The notes under the pieces: generated by a model | What the model was told of the DNA's origin: nothing | The model's database searches: none | What the model saw: the letters and a program-made list of their open reading frames with translations, nothing else | Made by a program: the position numbers and the translations under genes | Assembly: GCA_964016885.1 (NCBI GenBank) | Contig: OZ024741.1 | Span: 167,028,001 to 167,092,000, forward strand | Direction of reading: 5' to 3' | DNA: 64,000 nucleotides | Source of the DNA: Eledone cirrhosa | Lineage: Eukaryota | In this document: positions 42,208-56,652 of the stretch, piece by piece | Layout of the letters: each line of letters opens with the position of its first letter | Numbering within the stretch: the first letter of the stretch is position 1

Positions 42208-42704
42208 ATATATATATATGAAAATAAATTATCAGTCATAAACTCGTTTTGGTCCCTGTAATTTATGAGCTCAAAGGAAAGAGAATCCTGGGCTCTTCAA
42301 ATATAATATATAGAAAAGATAATACACGAGAGAGAGTGTGTGTTTATCAATGTATGGAATCCATAGACTAAGAAAAGTGAGGTAGATGCATAATAATTAA
42401 AAATATAAATCAGAATGAATTTAACCACCTTTATAACTATATATATCACACACGTACAAACTCAAAGAGATTTGTTTCGCCAAAAGATTAGTGTATGGAA
42501 AGAAACACCCAGGTACACCAGCGTGTGGTAAGTGAATATATTCCATACGACTCTAAGAGAACTTAAGATAACTGCCTTGCAACACGTGGCAGAGAAGGAA
42601 ATGTGTGCATGGGACAGTAAACTAGTGGCTTGGGTGGGATGAGCCGCTAGAAAACCCAGCCCCAAACCACTCAAATAAGGGAGCTCGACATAAACAGAGA
42701 GAGA

Positions 42705-42814
<110 letters not shown>

Positions 42815-42956
42815 TTAGGAGCAATATATCTAGTGATATTTAGTTATAAAGGTGGATAAATTCATTCTGATTTATATTTTTAATTATTATGCATCTACAT
42901 CACTTTTCTTAGTTTGTAGATTCTATACGCATAAACACACACTCTTTCTCTCTCTC

Positions 42957-42999
<43 letters not shown>

Positions 43000-43417
43000 A
43001 TCTCTCTCTCTCTCGTGTATTAACTTTTCTATATTATATTTGAAGAGCCCAGGATTCTCTTTCCTTTGAACTCATAAATTACAGGGACCAACGCGAGTTT
43101 ATGACTCCGTTAATTTATTTTGATATATTGCCCCTAATAACAGTCTTCTCTTTCTCTCTTTGTTTATGTCGAGCTCCCTTATTTGAGTGGTTTTGTGCTG
43201 CGTTTTCTAGCAGCTCATCCCACCCAAGCCACTAGTTTACTATCCCATGCACACATTTCCTTCTCTCTGCCACGTGTTGCAAGGCAGTTATCTTAAGTTC
43301 TCTTAGAGTCGTATGGAATGTATTCACTTACCACACGCTGGTGTACCTGGGTGTTTCTTTCCATACACTAATCTTTTGGCGAAACTTATCTCTTTGAGTT
43401 TGTACGTGTGTGATATA

Positions 43418-44317
43418 TCATCATAATCTATAAAGCTCAGTGTGTGGTCATACTCCTTCGTTATAGAAATCTACGATATAGAATTTCTTCAATTGAAATT
43501 TACAATTCAGTATTCGAAATAGCTTCGATTGCGTCTTGACGCAGATAATTTTTTCAATTTCACCCACAATTACGCAAAAAATAGATAAAACTCAATATTT
43601 TACGATTTTTCTCTCTCATTTAAACTGCTGAACACTTTCACTACCATTCAAAATCTATACAACTTCATACTTTCTGCTACTTTCTCTTTCCAAGCTTGAT
43701 GGTGATACTGTCCGTTCACACCAATCCCTACTGTCTTAAATTTAGAAAACACATATCCTCTATGAGGTTACTAAACCTGCTAGAAACAGCAGCTAACTCT
43801 CCCCCATATCACACCCCTCCCTACTGTCTTAAATTTAGAAAACATATCTTCTATGAGGTCACTAAACCTGCTAGAAACAGCAGCTAACTCTCCCCCATAT
43901 CACACCACTCCCTACTGTCTTAAATTTAGAAAACACATATCCTCTATGAGGTCACTAAACCTGCTAGAAACAACAGCTAACTCTCCCTCATATCACAACC
44001 CTCCCTACTGTCTTAAATTTAGAAAACACACAGACAACCATGCAGAACAACTCCATCGCAGCTCTGTTGTTCGGCTGGCATCGTCTACGCGTGTGTTGCG
44101 CAAGTACTGTGAAACAATAAATTTCAACACTTTTTTGCACAGAGATAATATCCATAGGCGAAACTACAATTGTCACTGCTGGCGCAGCTCCTGCTTCCAG
44201 GTCTGCAATTCATTCACCCAGTGCCTGGCAGACAAAAAAGTGCTGCCATAAAATGGGTGGTGCAACCTAACTTTGGTAACTTAATGACCCCCGAGCAACG
44301 CCGGGCTTTAATGCTAG
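43418..44317 (+). mobile_element. Non-autonomous Helitron (900 bp)
   Basis: 5' TC, 3' hairpin CCCGAGCAACGCCGGG + CTAG, inserted between A and T with no TSD; empty site at ~42429-42455. Confidence 0.93.
43726..44030. repeat. ~87-bp tandem repeat x3.3 inside the Helitron
   Basis: CCCTACTGTCTTAAATTTAGAAAAC..CTGCTAGAAACAGCAGCTAACTCTCCC units. Confidence 0.92.
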
Positions 44318-44420
44318 TATAGTTATAAAGGTGGTTAAATTCATTCTGATTTATATTTTTAATTATTATGCATCTACCTCACTTTTCTTAGTCTATGGAT
44401 TCCATACATTGATAAACACA

Positions 44421-44510
<90 letters not shown>

Positions 44511-44536
44511 CTCTCTCTCTCTCTCGTGTATTATCT

Positions 44537-44584
<48 letters not shown>

Positions 44585-44769
44585 CAATACATTAAGAGAA
44601 AAAGCCTTAAGCTATACTCTGACTGGCTACCATCTCACTCAACAAACATTAGGATATACCTTAGTATAATCCCAATTTTATGTTTGGGTGCTAACTATAT
44701 GTATTTTGTGGAAAGACAGTTGTATTATTTTATATGAGATATAATTAAAATTAAAATATATCTCTCTTT

Positions 44770-44838
<69 letters not shown>

Positions 44839-45268
44839 GAAAGAATGATGATTTGGTTAAGCATACATTGTATTTAACATTGAGTAACACAACTTCAAGT
44901 GATTAGCAATTTTTAGACAACTTAATCAATGAAACAATTATTAATACTGTAAATAAAACCCTTTTTTTGTACTTTTGACCATCTTATTCTTCACTCTTTC
45001 AATATTATTACTCCAAGATTAACTTGCATAGGAATTCCCGATAACTCACAAACTCGCCACCTAAGGAAACCTCTTGTTGAGTCAAACACCGTACGATAAA
45101 ACTATTTATAATACGGAGTATTCACAACCTCTAACTGGATTACCTATAACGATAATTTGTTATCCCATATATATATAGTAATAATAATAAATGTGAAGAC
45201 TAAAATCCCAAGAGGGCTCGATAAGGATAAATATATATCAAATATATAAGAACCGTAGAGCAAATATT

Positions 45269-45329
45269 TATTAAAATAACAGATTAAAGTTTAAGCAAAG
45301 AATCGCTGCTTTCACCTTTTAATCTGTTA

Positions 45330-45337
<8 letters not shown>
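45269..45337. repeat. Short fold-back (20-bp perfect arms) abutting (TA)n
   Basis: TATTAAAATAACAGATTAAA / TTTAATCTGTTATTTTAATA. Confidence 0.75.
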
Positions 45338-45367
<30 letters not shown>

Positions 45368-45577
45368 GAAGGAAGTGTGGTAAGGAACCAGATGGACCAT
45401 AACGCACCAGAGTACTCAATACTTAGGGTAGTAGAGTGCGTAATAGGAAAAAGTTCAAGACCCCGACGGCAGAGCTCAAGCCGTTTCGACGGCTATTTCT
45501 GGGCGGCTATTTCGTTATATACATATATATATATATCAACTAGAAATGGATTGACATATATATATATATATATATAT

Positions 45578-45737
45578 AAATCCTGGTGTATTTATTGACA
45601 ATGGATTTTAAAAAACAAAAATATAACCTATATGAAAGTGAGGCTGGAAAAGGAAGAAGGAAAGGAAAAATAAACACAATCACACACACACATATACATA
45701 CACACACACATATATACTTACACATATATATATATAC

Positions 45738-45818
<81 letters not shown>

Positions 45819-46176
45819 CATACACATATACATACACGTACAAATACACATACATATACATACATACACACATATATATCCACATATCCATACATACACA
45901 TACACACAAATCCACAAACACACACACACACACATGTATATATATATACACACATAATCATACATATATACATATATGTATGATTGTGTATATATGCATA
46001 TATGTATGATTATGTGCGTGTATATATATATATATATATATACATGTGTGTGTGTGTGTGTGTTTGTGTATTTGTGTGTATGTGTATGTATGGATATGTG
46101 GATATATATGTGTGTATGTATGTATATGTATGTGTATTTGTACGTGTATGTATATGTGTATTTATGTATATATATG

Positions 46177-46257
<81 letters not shown>

Positions 46258-46403
46258 GTGTATGTATATATGTGTGTGTATGTATGTGTGTGTGTGTGTG
46301 CGTGTGTGCTTATTTTTCCTTTCCTTCTTCCTTTTCCAGCCTCACTTTCATATAGATTATATTTTTGTTTTTAAAATCCATTGTCAATAAATACACCAGG
46401 ATT
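45578..46403. repeat. Large fold-back (~400-bp arms including mirrored microsatellites)
   Basis: Unique ends 45578-45680 and 46305-46403 are complementary; the CA/TA pattern is mirrored; turn near 45975. Confidence 0.9.
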
Positions 46404-46404
46404 T

Positions 46405-46465
46405 TTTCATTCTGATGATTGAAAGCAAATTTTGTTTGCTTTCAAGAAACCACTGGTAAATGAAA
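46405..46465 (+). ncRNA. Type-I hammerhead ribozyme (family H5)
   Basis: TTTCATT-CTGATGA-TTGAAAGCAAA(TTTTG)TTTGCTTTCAA-GAAA-CC(ACT)GG-TA-AATGAAA: 7-bp stem I, 11-bp stem II, 3-bp stem III, GUA triplet; 10.1-11.1 pair is U-A instead of G-C. Confidence 0.82.
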
Positions 46466-46579
46466 TAATTATCTATGGTGTTTATTACATAACTATTAAG
46501 CCCTGTAACCTACAGAGAGCACTCTTTTTTCCTGGACTTTTCCGACGGAATTACTTCACATATATATATATATATATAT

Positions 46580-46768
46580 AATTGTTTCTACGTTAGGCAC
46601 AAGGCCAGCAATTACCCAGTGTATTACTGGTACTTTATTTTATCGACCCCGTAAGGATGAAAGGCAAAGTTAACCTCGGCGGGATTTGAACTCAGAATGG
46701 CAAGGGCCGTAACTCTATGCGCCAAAGCATGGCATCCGACACTCTACCAATACTGCCAATCCACCGCC
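46580..46768 (-). mobile_element. Full-length SINE (family of 3316)
   Basis: Reverse-complement match from head to tail. Confidence 0.88.
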
Positions 46769-46776
46769 TATGAAAC

Positions 46777-47405
46777 AACATATGAAACAATCACAGGGAA
46801 TAATTTGTAAAGTGTGTAAACACACACAGCTAAGTAAGTAACCAATTAAAATTGAACTAGAACTTCAAATATAGATACCCTTTAAATGATTAATCTCCTT
46901 TGTATATATTTCATTAAATAAAGAAATATATTTCACCATCAATCGGTAAATCACAGTAGTCGGATGTTCACCAAAAGACATGACACCCTTAATTTAATTT
47001 GGATATATATATACGACCCCTTAATTGTAGAGCTAACTCAGTTGAATGGACTCGGCTGCTATTTCTAGCCGTCGATAATCCTATTCACGCCACTAGGATG
47101 ACGCTGTGCGATGTGTGTATTTTTAAAAAAAATGCAATACGTGGTACGAGTCATTCACAGATTTGCATTTGCTGTGTAAACACAGATAGTTGGATCTTCT
47201 CCTTTGGTGAACATCCGTAATTTGACTGTGATTTACCGATTGATGGTGAAATATATTTCTTTATTTAATGAAATATATACAAAGGAGATTAATCATTTAA
47301 AAGGTATATATATTTGAAGTTCTAGTTCAACTTTAATTGGTTACCTACCTAGCTGTGTGTGTTTACACACTTTACAAATTATTCCCTGTGATTGTTTCAT
47401 ATGTT
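46777..47405. repeat. Inverted repeat, ~200-bp arms and ~225-bp spacer
   Basis: 46777-46976 vs 47201-47405; (TA)n on the right. Confidence 0.9.
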
Positions 47406-48464
47406 TATTATATATATATATATATATATACTTTTTGTAATAATGAAATCTAAGGATATCCTATTAAATAAACGACAGGAATTAATTATATCATGTAATC
47501 ATAAACTGAGAAGAACTTTTAAATATTATAAACCTAATTAATATACACTTTAGAAATTATTATAATAACACTTTTTTTAAATTAGTTAACCTATAATTAA
47601 TATTCTACTACTAATGAACTGCATAATTTTATTTCCCTTTTACAGCTATCTGCTCCTAAAATTTATACAATTAAGTATACATATAAACTATTTTAATTTC
47701 AGGTTATGATTCTATGTTCCTTATAATCTATATAAATTTGTTATTTCTCACTAATAAATTTAACCCCCCCCCCAATAATTATTATTATTATTTTTTTATT
47801 TTCCCTTCGTTTTTAACAGCACTCTTCAATTACATCTAACTCTTATTTATCATATCTATATGAATTAATATAAATTTATCAATATAAATATACCTATCAA
47901 TTTAATTAATTTATTTTCTTTTTATAGATGTAAATTCCCTATATTTTAAATAAGATTGATATTTTTCACTAACACATTTATCGTAAAATTTTATTCTCCT
48001 TAGATATTTACATTGGCATTATTCTTTTATAACATCAATTTTTCGTGTACCTTTTACCGACTTGACCTATTTTCATCCCTAAAATAATCTTTTCATTCAT
48101 CATACTCTTTCCATTCAAAACTGAAATCTGCCTTCCTCTACCCCTAAATTTAAGTTCTATTACTACTATTTTACCATCTTGACCATTTACTACCTTTCTA
48201 TTGGTCAATTCAAAACCTGTTCCCCAAAAGACCTATTATATTAAATCTTTGTTGGTTTTTTTCAATAAACAAATATCATTATTTCTGAAGACAGCATATA
48301 TATGTGTAGGTATGTATATTCCCTCTGATAGTTTGTAAACATTTTACATAGATCTATATGATATACATACCAACACAAACATATATATCCTAGAAACGAT
48401 CGTAAAATGATGAATTTTTTAATATAAGGAACTGTTTCTTTGTTTTTATTCATTATTTTTATTA

Positions 48465-48565
<101 letters not shown>

Positions 48566-48575
48566 AGAGAGAAAC

Positions 48576-48615
<40 letters not shown>

Positions 48616-48744
48616 AATCAATTTCTAGTTGATATAAAATGCTCGGATTTATTCATTGGAATCTTTGGAGCATATTCTGCAATGGATATGGTGCATGTCT
48701 CTCATTTTAATTTCATTTCGGATATATATATAAATATATATATA

Positions 48745-51700
48745 CTAGCAGTTTAGCCCGGCGTTGCTCGGGTTTGTTCATTTGCTATGAAAAGTTACAA
48801 ACAGGTAAACGTAGCTTGAAATCGAATAAGCTTATCAATTAAGTGCATAAAGCAGTTGAACCGGTTATTAATAGTTACGAACCAATTAGCATTTTGGACA
48901 ATCAATGATGGGTTAATAATCTTCCAATAGCGAATTTAGTATACCAAAGTTGCAAGATGGTGGCCCTGATGCAGCTGGGTGTCAGATCTGTCCGTTATGG
49001 GTGAGCCTACCAGTTTTCCAGACGGCATAGCTCCAACACCTCCAACACCTGTACCAACATCTATAGCACATCTTTGTAGACGATATTGCGTGTCATCCCT
49101 TGAGGAGTGTAAGCAAAAAGTCCATTCCTGCTCCCTACGCGGGAACAGGCAACATAAAGTTGGCCATTGGAGAAGCATGGCCCGCCACCGACATGCCCGC
49201 CACCGACAATGTTTGCCCTTGTGACTTGTTAATGGACATGGCAAAACATGGTCTCACCGGAAATTGGGATCGCCGGAAATCGAACGGGATATCTGACGCC
49301 GAGGGGAAAAGGTTCATCCTTGGAATGAAAACATTCTCCCCTCTCCCGCACCCCGTTACAATGGTGGCCTCAATCAAGTGGGGCGTCAGTGACTTGACGA
49401 CCATGAGAGTACCGTTGTACTGCTTTGGTGGACGCAAGTTCCTTATTAGCATAATGGGACAGCCAACCCTAAGCTTAAGAATGTGAGGTGGGAGCCCTTG
49501 TGGCTCAAGGGAATTTAATAACTCAACCGGATAATTAACGATATCGTCGGGGTCTGACGTCCGGTCGATAGATTTGAAGATGTGTTCTTTACCGGGAATT
49601 TTCTAAATCAGCTGCTCGTTAATAAAATTAACCATGGTATTTTTCGGAGCAAGGATGGCTCTTTCGCTGAGCCAATCGAGGTTTTTAAAGTTAGATGAGA
49701 CATTAGGAAAAACTGCTTCCCAAAGGTCAGAAGGGCTGCTCACAATGTTGCACAGGGAGTCGATTGCTATACAGCCCTTGTCATCCGCAGGGACCTTGCC
49801 CTCACCAAGTGCTAAAATATTCTGAGCAAATGCTGCAAACATGTTGTCACCATGCAAATGAGCGCGCATATTTGTGCTCATGTACAAACTCTTCACCTGG
49901 AGCCACAGCATGGACGACTTAAAGATTTGGGATCACCCAATTCACACTTTTGAAGTAAAATAGCAAAGAGTTCCCGTAGACCTTTAGGTGATTTCAACAA
50001 AGCACCCTCTGCTAAAGTGGAATCCCATTGCGAATCATCTTCCAAAAGACCACGCTTAAAGCAGGCTTCCCGGTACGTATCACATATTTCTCCATCAACA
50101 GTTTTGATGTCCTGCAAACTTTGTGGGCCTACAACTTCATGCAGAAGAAGGCGGAGATGAAAGCACTCATACTGACTTGGGGGCACAGTGTAAACCCTTC
50201 CAAGGCAGCTGTCAAATTTTTCACCAAGATGTCTTTCAGCAGCCTGACCTGACTTTCTTTGCACCCAAGTGTTTTTCGACCATATAAAGTGGGATGGAAC
50301 CTGGGGGTACATAATTGTTTGCACAAATGTATCGAACTGGCAAAGTTTGAAGAAACTAGTCAGAGTGGTCTCTTTCGGATCGGCGGCCAACTTGGCGGCG
50401 GTTTGGTCTGTAAAGTAAACCCTTTACCCATTTTCCAAATGTACCGCAAGCTGTACGATAGGCGCCAAAAAAGCTTCATTGCTAGTGATGTACCGCCCCG
50501 CCACGTATTCTTTGACCTCGTTCCTTCTATTTTCAGCTTGAAATGCGAACATTGCGGCATCAGAGCCCTTATTTACATATATGCATATGTATTTTATCGA
50601 CTTGACGGAGTTGCAAAAGTCAACGTTGATGTGGGCGTTGAACATCTTCAAGAGAAGCGGACAGTAAGGGACCACCCATCTATTGTCGACTTGACCTCCC
50701 CTTACTGTTGTGGTGAAGCCACCGTTCTCGGGCCGTCTCCGCCTGTACAGGGGTACCCGTCGCCACCAGTCTGAGTCTCGTCAACAAATTTTTGGCGGTA
50801 TCCCTTACTGCACGACCCCCCCTTTCAGACACGCGTGATGCTCATTAGGACCCGACGCACACGGACTATGAATCATGTTACCTTTGACGATTTCATGTAA
50901 TTCCTGGTCAGTTGCTGGGTTAGGGATTTCAGCCGAAATGAAACTGTCTATGGCATTTGAATTGATTTTATCAGCTAACCAAATCAAAATGTGAGCATGT
51001 GGCAGCCCTCGTTTTTGCCATTCGACGGTGAACATGCCACATTTTACAGCTCGAAATACCTGACCCTTTTTCATTACAGCCATGAGTTTAGCCAGTTTCA
51101 GTCTGAACACTCTGGCAATGAGGTCATGTCTGTTCGAATAATTTTGCCAGGAAAAAGTTCACGGGTTACATTCTGATTCATATGACTACAGCATTAATCT
51201 GTTATATGAAGTGTTATTTTGCGGGTTGTTATTTGCAATAAACCGATTGAAAATGCCCCAGATAAGCCGTATGTCAATACAGAACGCTCCACTGCAGTGT
51301 TGTCATATGGGGAGTGAAGAGCGACAGAGAGAGCAAAGTAGTTAAATTATAGAGAGGGGGAATATACGGAATGCTCCATTTGATCATATACATTTTTTCT
51401 CTCTCTGCAGTGTTGTCATATAGGGAGTGAAGAGCGACAGAGAAAGTATGTCGTTATGACTGTTGTTGTATAAAATGATGTGTTGCTTAGTTATCAAAGT
51501 TTTTTTCGCGTTCCCGAACGAATAGGGGGAATGATCTATTATATAGAGAGAGAAGAGCGTCGGATAGAGTGAAGCTAGTGTTAAACCTCGAAGCATGAAG
51601 AGAGTAAAGCAGTTAAATTATAGAGAGGGGGAATGATCTATTGTAGAGAGAGGGAAGAGCGACGGAGAGAGTAAAGCTATGGTTGTTGTGTTGCTTAGGC

Positions 51701-52121
51701 TTCAAAGTTTGTGTCGCGTTCCTTCAAAAGAAGTTTTGTCGTTGTTCTAAATTGTAATGGTGATAGAGTAGTAGACGGAGGCAGTAACCTTTTAAAGAGA
51801 GTTGCAGAGGAGATTGAGAGTGGAGTAGAGGAAAGGATGAACCTTTTAAAGAGAGTTGCAACATGTATGTAGTTTCATATATGTTTGATGGTAGTAGTGA
51901 GAGGAATGAAACGTGTAAGAGAGAGGGTTACAGCATGTATTTAGTTTTATCGATATTTTTCATAGAAGCAGGAAATGTTTGGCAAAAATAATTACGCGTT
52001 GACCTGCCCTGGTAAATTTGGAGCACATTGGAAAAAATCATCAAAATCGGTAGAGAAATGTGGAAATGCATAGAAATCATACACACACACAGACAGACAT
52101 CTACCGTTTTATATATATAGA
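48745..52121 (-). mobile_element. Helitron, sister copy of 17180-20635
   Basis: 5' TCTATATATATAAAA, Rep motifs VEWQKRGLPHAH and KYICIYVNKG, PIF1 C-terminal half, 3' hairpin CCCGAGCAACGCCGGG + CTAG/T; helicase motifs I-III deleted at ~49920. Confidence 0.93.
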
Positions 52122-52138
52122 GCTATATATATATATAT

Positions 52139-52667
52139 AAAATATGGATGAGAAGAGGGCTGTGTGTTTACTGATAACGGGTGTTAGAAGGTAAGGTCAC
52201 ACAAACAAGAGGTGGACAGTCTCCTTTCGTCATTAGTTAACTACGGGTCACATATGTTTCGGCGCATTATTAACTATATATCTATCCGTAGCGCGCCCAT
52301 AGCCTTTTATCTATCAAAAGGCCACGAAGGAGAGAAAGAAAAGAAGAAAAAAGAAAAAAATCCTACCGATAGAAGGGGGAACACGAGACAATGGTGCATG
52401 TAAGCAAGTAACCGAGAGAATGGAGATCAAGTTAAAAAATAGCCGTTGGGCTTAAGCCCGGGGTAAATAATAACGCAGCTAGGTATCCACACGTCTAACC
52501 TCAACGAAATCACAACAGAAAGAGAGAAAGACGGAGGAAACGGAAGTGAGAGAGAGTAGAGGGCAGAGTGGGTGAATGAGAGGGATAGAGAGAGAGAGGT
52601 GGAGGTGGAGGGAAAGGGAGTTAATCTAAACAGGTCTAGAACGCACGTGGACGACCAGGCGAGATCA

Positions 52668-52746
<79 letters not shown>

Positions 52747-53210
52747 GAAGGAGTTGATCGAAGGTGTGGCGATTAATGAATTCGCCAGACACAACGAATC
52801 GAGCGAGATAGGTAGAGAAGAGGGTGAGAAGGTTACAGCAGTAAATATAAAAAATATGGATGAGGCCTGTGTGGTTACTGATAACGGGTGTTAGAAGGTA
52901 AGGGGACCACAAACAAGAAGTAGACAGTCTCTCTTCGTCAGTACTTAACTACGGGTCACAGATGTTTCGGTGCATTATTAACTATGCATCTATCCGTAGC
53001 GCGCCCATAGCCGTTTATCTATCAAAAGGCCTTGGGGGAGAGAAAGAAAAGAAGAAAGAGAGAAGAATAAAAAGGAAAGAAAAGGGAAAAATAGGAAAAA
53101 AAGAAGAAAAAGGAAAAATAACCTACCGATAGAAGGGGGAACACGGGACAATGGTACATGTAAGCAAGTAACCGAGAGAATGGAGATCAAGTTTTAAAAA
53201 TGCCGTTGGG
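52139..53210. repeat. Direct repeat pair (~310/360 bp, period ~710 bp) next to (TA)n
   Basis: 52139-52449 matches 52849-53210. Confidence 0.85.
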
Positions 53211-54075
53211 TATATAATGCCAATCATTGTAAGTTTGAATCTGACATGCAAAAACATATATATATATGAATAAAGTAAGCCCAAATCATAGTAGATTCAA
53301 ATATCACAGAGAGAAAGAGCGACAGGGGGGGGGGAATGGGGTGCAACAGAAATGAAACATGGATTACAAGTTAAAATATAGTCTAGATAGATGAGAAACA
53401 AAAAGAGGATGTAGTTTATGGAATACCCAAATGATTTAGAAGTCGACCTTAAGTAGGAGCAATAACATTAAAAAAAGTCATGAATGACACCACAGGATTT
53501 TGTTTTGAAAATTTTGAAAGTAGGTTTATAAATATGAATTTTTATAAATCTTTCGTAATTGTCTCAGTGAACTAGCGGTAGGAGACGGGGGAGATCCTGG
53601 CCTTGGTTTCAATCCTGGTCATGAGGTGCATGTAATCTTTTTCATTTTTTTTTTTTTATATAGAAAAAACTGAAAATGTGTGAAATCCTTGGTACAATTA
53701 AGTATATTTGAAAAAAGGAAAAGTATACTTCACTTGTAGTTGGTATTCAAAACAATTTAATTTTATAATTTTACAATTTTGTAATATATATATACATACA
53801 GTGGCGGACTGGGTCTAAAATATTGGTTGCCGGGAGATGAAGGGGGGGGGGGGCACAGCTACATATAGAATGGTATACTTTTGTAGCTGTCTTCGGTGGC
53901 CTAGTTGGAGGAATCATAGACGGTGGTGGTCCTGGTCTGAAGTCCGATCATGGTCTGAAGTAGGGTTCCAGGTAAAACTTTTCAGCTTTTATTTTACTTC
54001 CCATAGAAAAAAAAACACACACACACACACACGCGCGCGCACACACACATGGGAAGTAAAATAAAAGCTGAAAAG

Positions 54076-54675
54076 ATGAATGTTCGGTAAACCCATACGT
54101 ACATATATACATGTGTGCATGTATGTATATATATATACATACTACTGTACGTCTGTATACATATATGTATGTACATATACATACTTAATTTTAAGTAACA
54201 GCCGTACTAAGAGTGAGAAATTAAATTTCGTTTCATTTTTTCCATTTATCGTTTTCGGTGCGCCCGGCCGACTAACTCACTCGATATGCAAATTAGGCTG
54301 CTCAGCCGTTAATATGCATAAGGAAAGTATATACTTTCAAACGTTCAATCGTCTGACAGGAAGGTATACGATGCTGACGATAGCCAATAAGCTTGAAACT
54401 AATTCATCGTTCCTTTGTCAGTGATGAACAAAAGGGCAACGATGGTTGCTGAACACTGTACGGCTTAAATCGGGCTGTTTGTTTACAAACAAACCGAACA
54501 TTATAATGAATATTCTGTAAACCCATACGTACATATATATATGTGTGCATGTATGTATATATATATACATACTACTGTACGTCTGTATACATATATGTAT
54601 GTACGTATACATACTTATATTTAAGTAACAGCCGTATTAAGAGTGAGAAATGAAATTTCGTTTCATTTTTTCCAT
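54076..54675 (+). mobile_element. Family H4 partial tandem (~1.4 monomers, period 430 bp) with hammerhead at 54368-54410
   Basis: 54076-54245 repeated at 54506-54675; ACGATG-CTGACGA...GAAA-CTAATT-CATCGT. Confidence 0.88.
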
Positions 54676-54805
54676 ATATATATATAAGTTTATTTTGAAA
54701 CAGCGAGCGAGTTTGAAATTAGAAGTAAAGAAATTTTAGCCTGATAGTGGGGTTTAGAACTCTCTAAGAAATGGAAAATGATGAGTATTAACGTACACAC
54801 ACACG

Positions 54806-54977
<172 letters not shown>

Positions 54978-55344
54978 TATTAGGTATAACTCTAAGTTGT
55001 AGCTGCCATATAGCAGGTAATTTTTGAGTCGTTTGAGGCAATCACAAAGCACTCAATGGAGCGATATGTTAATTCATTATAGTCCAAAGTAAACACGACA
55101 GTTAAAAAGTGTGACACCAAGAAAAACGACCGAAGACTGTGGCCATACATATACCACAACAACGATAAATATAGAAAGGTTGAAAATTAACCTCGACCGT
55201 GTTTTGTTGATTAGAATCGATATAATCGATATATATATATATATACATATATGAGAAAGGTCAACAAGGAAAATTCAACACTAAAAACAATACGATACAA
55301 TGATTATATATATTTCTTTAACGCTTGGTATAATAGGAAAAATG

Positions 55345-55380
55345 TCTGAACGTTTCGGACGTTAGTCTATCGTCGGAAGA
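55345..55380 (-). ncRNA. Degenerate hammerhead (family H1, copy 3)
   Basis: TCTT-CCGACGA-T-AGAC(TAAC)GTCC-GAAA-CGTT-CAGA, with flanks homologous to 16990-17090. Confidence 0.45.
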
Positions 55381-55862
55381 TAGAATGAGAAAAAGGAGAA
55401 GAAATAGAATGATAAATGAGAGTAAAGAAAGAAAGAAAATGGAAAACTGTTGTTTTTTTCTCCGGAAGAAAACATGTTAACCTGTTATTGCTATCTCTCT
55501 TGCAATTGTTAAGCAACAACATAAACCTTGAATGTCCATCAATACGAAAAACAAAAACTATATAATGAATGTGAAGTTTGGTAACAAAACGTGATGTTGG
55601 TTAGTTTAACATCGGATTTCGTATAAATGAAACAAACTACGTTGAGTGGGTTAATAAGAGCCACATGCCCATATGTGTGTGTGTATGAGTGAGTGTGTGT
55701 GTATGAATGTATGTATGGAGCATGTATATAAGTATGTATGGTGCATGTGTAAGTATGTGCGTATGTGTGTATGTATATGATTCATACATATATTTATTTT
55801 AGGGGATAAATACACTTTGTACAACTGACTTTAACGTCGCTCCAAGTGTATGTGTGTATGTA

Positions 55863-55893
<31 letters not shown>

Positions 55894-56078
55894 ATGTATG
55901 TATGTATGTATGTATGTATGTATGTGTGTGTGTGTGTGAGCATGTGTGTATATATGTGTATGTGTGTGTGTGTGTGTATTTGTGTGTGTGCGTGTGTATA
56001 TATGTGTATATATGTATACGTGTGTGTGTATGTATGTGTATATATGTATACGTGTGTGTGTGTGTGTTTGTGTGTGTC

Positions 56079-56109
<31 letters not shown>

Positions 56110-56262
56110 ATCTGTGTGAGTTTGTATATGTATGATTCATACATATATTTATCTTTAGCTGATAAATACACGTTTAACTGACTTTAATGGATTTCACCTA
56201 TTTTCGGTTTTTAAACAATGAAATTCCAAAATGAAGTTTCTTCACATCTTAATATAAACTTC

Positions 56263-56652
<390 letters not shown>

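Noticed and set aside
47430-48440. Possible decayed Penelope GIY-YIG region on the minus strand
   Set aside because: Very AT-rich with many stops and only a vague Cys pattern; needs a tBLASTn/HMM search
53819-53975. hAT-like end CAGTGGCGGACT and an exon-like segment with AG/GT borders
   Set aside because: No matching second TIR or TSD found; the best frame has a stop
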